DNA of 64,000 nucleotides from Acutalibacteraceae bacterium (GTDB lineage Bacteria; Bacillota; Clostridia; Oscillospirales; Acutalibacteraceae): NCBI GenBank assembly GCA_045604805.1, contig JAZUOT010000030.1, positions 27,291 to 91,290 of the forward strand, read 5' to 3'. Shown piece by piece: positions 62,064 to 64,000 of this stretch (position 1 is its first letter; each line of letters starts with the position of its first letter). The notes under the pieces were generated by a model. It saw only the letters and a program-made list of their open reading frames with translations, ran no database searches and was not told where the DNA came from. The position numbers and the translations under genes were made by a program.

Positions 62064-64000
62064 TCAAAAAAACAAAGAAATAAATTGATAAAAACAAAAG
62101 CTCACAACCCATGCTATAAGTGTTTGATTTAACACAAGAAGGATAGCACTTTTTTTGCTTTTAAGTTCATTTTTTACGGTAGTTATTGAAGCTATACAAG
62201 GTGTATACAACAAGGTGAAAACCAAAAATGAAATCGCTGAAGCAGTAGAAAATTGTGATGCTAGAGCTTGTCCAAGTACAGATGTGCTGGTATCGTTCAA
62301 AATTGCAAGTGTGCTTACGACAGTTTCTTTAGCAAAAAATCCAGAGATAAGCGAGGTAACAAGCTTCCAATCAGAAAAACCTAAAGGTACAAACAGAGGT
62401 TGTAAAACCTTTCCCAAACCTGCTAGCATACTGCAAGAACTATCCGCTACAGGATTGAACCTGAGATCGAAATTTTCCAAAAACCAGATAGCAATCGAAG
62501 CCATAAAAATGACAGTAAAAGCTCTTTGTAAAAAGTCTTTAGCTCTATCTTTTATCATAACAAAAACAGTTTTCATGCTGGGTATTCGATAGTTTGGTAG
62601 TTCCATAACAAAAGGAACAGAGTTCCCTTTAAAAGAAGTTTTATTCAAAATCAAGGCGAAAACAAAAGCTGTCAACATACCTAAAATATACAGACTTATC
62701 ATTACCAAAGGTACATATTTAGGGAAAAAAGCCATAGCAAACACTGAATATATTGGCAATTTGGCACTACAACTCATAAATGGAACAAGAAGAATAGTCA
62801 TTTTCCTATCTCTATCACTCGATAAAGTTCTTGCTGCCATTATTGCAGGAACCGAACATCCAAAGCCAATTATCATAGGAACAAAACTTTGCCCTGATAA
62901 ACCTATACATCTCAAAGCTTTATCCATAACGAATGCTACTCTTGCCATATAGCCTGTATCTTCAAGGATAGAAAGAAAAAAGAACAGTACTAATATAGTC
63001 GGCAAGAATGAAAGTACACTGCCGATGCCAGCAATTATTCCATCTAGTACCAACGAACGCAATATCGGATTTATGTCAAGGCTCTCAAGTAAATTAGCAG
63101 TAGCATTGCCTAATGAATCTATCCCATAACTCATAATATTTGTAATGAATCCACCAGCAACCGCAAATGTAAACCAAAATATGGAAAACATTATAGCTAA
63201 AAATATAGGGATAGCAAGGTATTTATTGGTAAGTATTCTGTCGATTTTTATGCTTCTTCGCTGTTCTTTAGTAGATTTATTTTGCTTAAACACTGCAACA
63301 GAACATATTTTTTCTATGTATTTGTACCGCATATCAGCCAATGCGGCTTCTCTGTCTGTATTTAATTCGCTTTCCATCTCTATGACTGTATGTTCCAGCA
63401 TATCTTTTTCATTTTTTGAAAGTTTCAACTTATCTTCAATAAGCTTATCGCCTTCCAAAATTTTAGAAGCCGCAAATCTAGGTGGTAAACCACATTTTTG
63501 AGCGTGATCTTCTATGATATGCGCTACTGAATGTATAGCTCTATGAGCGGCCCCAACGCAAAAATCCTGCTTTTGAGGGCATAATTTCTCGTTAACTGTG
63601 TTGGAAAGTGCCTCAACTAAATCATCCATACCCTCATTTTTGGCAGCAGATATAGGAACAACAGGAATTGTCAAAAAATTTTGAATTTTTTTAACATCAA
63701 TTTTATTTCCGTTAGCTTTTACCTCATCCATCATATTAAGAGCTATCACCATAGGTATAGAAAGTTCCATAAGCTGCAAAGAAAGATACAAGTTGCGTTC
63801 TATATTAGTTGCGTCAACTATGTTTAGTATACAATCAACTTTTCCACTCAATAGAAAGTCCCGACTAACTTTCTCTTCGCGGCTATACGGAGACAAGGAA
63901 TACATACCAGGTAAATCGACCAATGTCAATTGCTTATTTGAACGTACTATGCCTTCTTTTCTTTCGACTGTGACTCCCGGAAAATTGCCGACACGTTGAT
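62064..64000 (-). CDS. feoB: ferrous iron transporter FeoB; N-terminal G-domain start lies beyond the window end
   Basis: The frame stays open to nt 64000 (QRVGNFPGVTVERKEGIVRSNKQLTLVDLPGMYSL). It is followed by the FeoB membrane domain. Confidence 0.95.
   Translation of the reverse strand, partial: QRVGNFPGVTVERKEGIVRSNKQLTLVDLPGMYSLSPYSREEKVSRDFLLSGKVDCILNIVDATNIERNLYLSLQLMELSIPMVIALNMMDEVKANGNKIDVKKIQNFLTIPVVPISAAKNEGMDDLVEALSNTVNEKLCPQKQDFCVGAAHRAIHSVAHIIEDHAQKCGLPPRFAASKILEGDKLIEDKLKLSKNEKDMLEHTVIEMESELNTDREAALADMRYKYIEKICSVAVFKQNKSTKEQRRSIKIDRILTNKYLAIPIFLAIMFSIFWFTFAVAGGFITNIMSYGIDSLGNATANLLESLDINPILRSLVLDGIIAGIGSVLSFLPTILVLFFFLSILEDTGYMARVAFVMDKALRCIGLSGQSFVPMIIGFGCSVPAIMAARTLSSDRDRKMTILLVPFMSCSAKLPIYSVFAMAFFPKYVPLVMISLYILGMLTAFVFALILNKTSFKGNSVPFVMELPNYRIPSMKTVFVMIKDRAKDFLQRAFTVIFMASIAIWFLENFDLRFNPVADSSCSMLAGLGKVLQPLFVPLGFSDWKLVTSLISGFFAKETVVSTLAILNDTSTSVLGQALASQFSTASAISFLVFTLLYTPCIASITTVKNELKSKKSAILLVLNQTLIAWVVSFCFYQFISLFF

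Overview
Low-GC, Clostridia-like Firmicutes chromosome segment, identified from PolC and conserved gene blocks: pyrH-frr-uppS-cdsA-dxr-rseP-ispG-polC, jag-yidC-yidD-rnpA-rpmH and glmU-prs-pth-mfd. No database search was run. All calls come from reading the supplied ORF translations, hand translation of intergenic DNA, and remembered family signatures. About 45 genes are ordinary housekeeping genes. No rRNA, tRNA or CRISPR array was seen. Two accessory loci stand out. (1) 8690..19387 (+) encodes a 3565-aa protein. (2) 33428..36658 (-) encodes a 1076-aa protein with a PARG-type macrodomain signature and a GC-rich proline-rich tail. The two proteins are otherwise unrelated but share a homologous N-terminal leader of about 45 aa. 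It ends in a class-II-bacteriocin/Nif11-type double-glycine motif: LSMQELDEVAGG and LTFSQLDDVAGG. This suggests very large cargo proteins exported by a C39-peptidase ABC transporter (PCAT) that is not encoded in this window. Both loci also carry an identical 18-nt element at the same distance from a -35 hexamer. The PARG gene has a G9 homopolymer at its ribosome-binding site. Both genes contain many in-frame tandem repeats. The giant gene ends in three TAG stops embedded in a 9-nt tandem repeat. Mobile-element debris lies nearby: a decayed group II intron at about 28.8-29.7 kb and an IS1-like transposase fragment at 33.2-33.4 kb. The fragment sits next to the PARG gene, where dnaA/oriC would normally follow rpmH. 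GlmU is reduced to its uridyltransferase domain.
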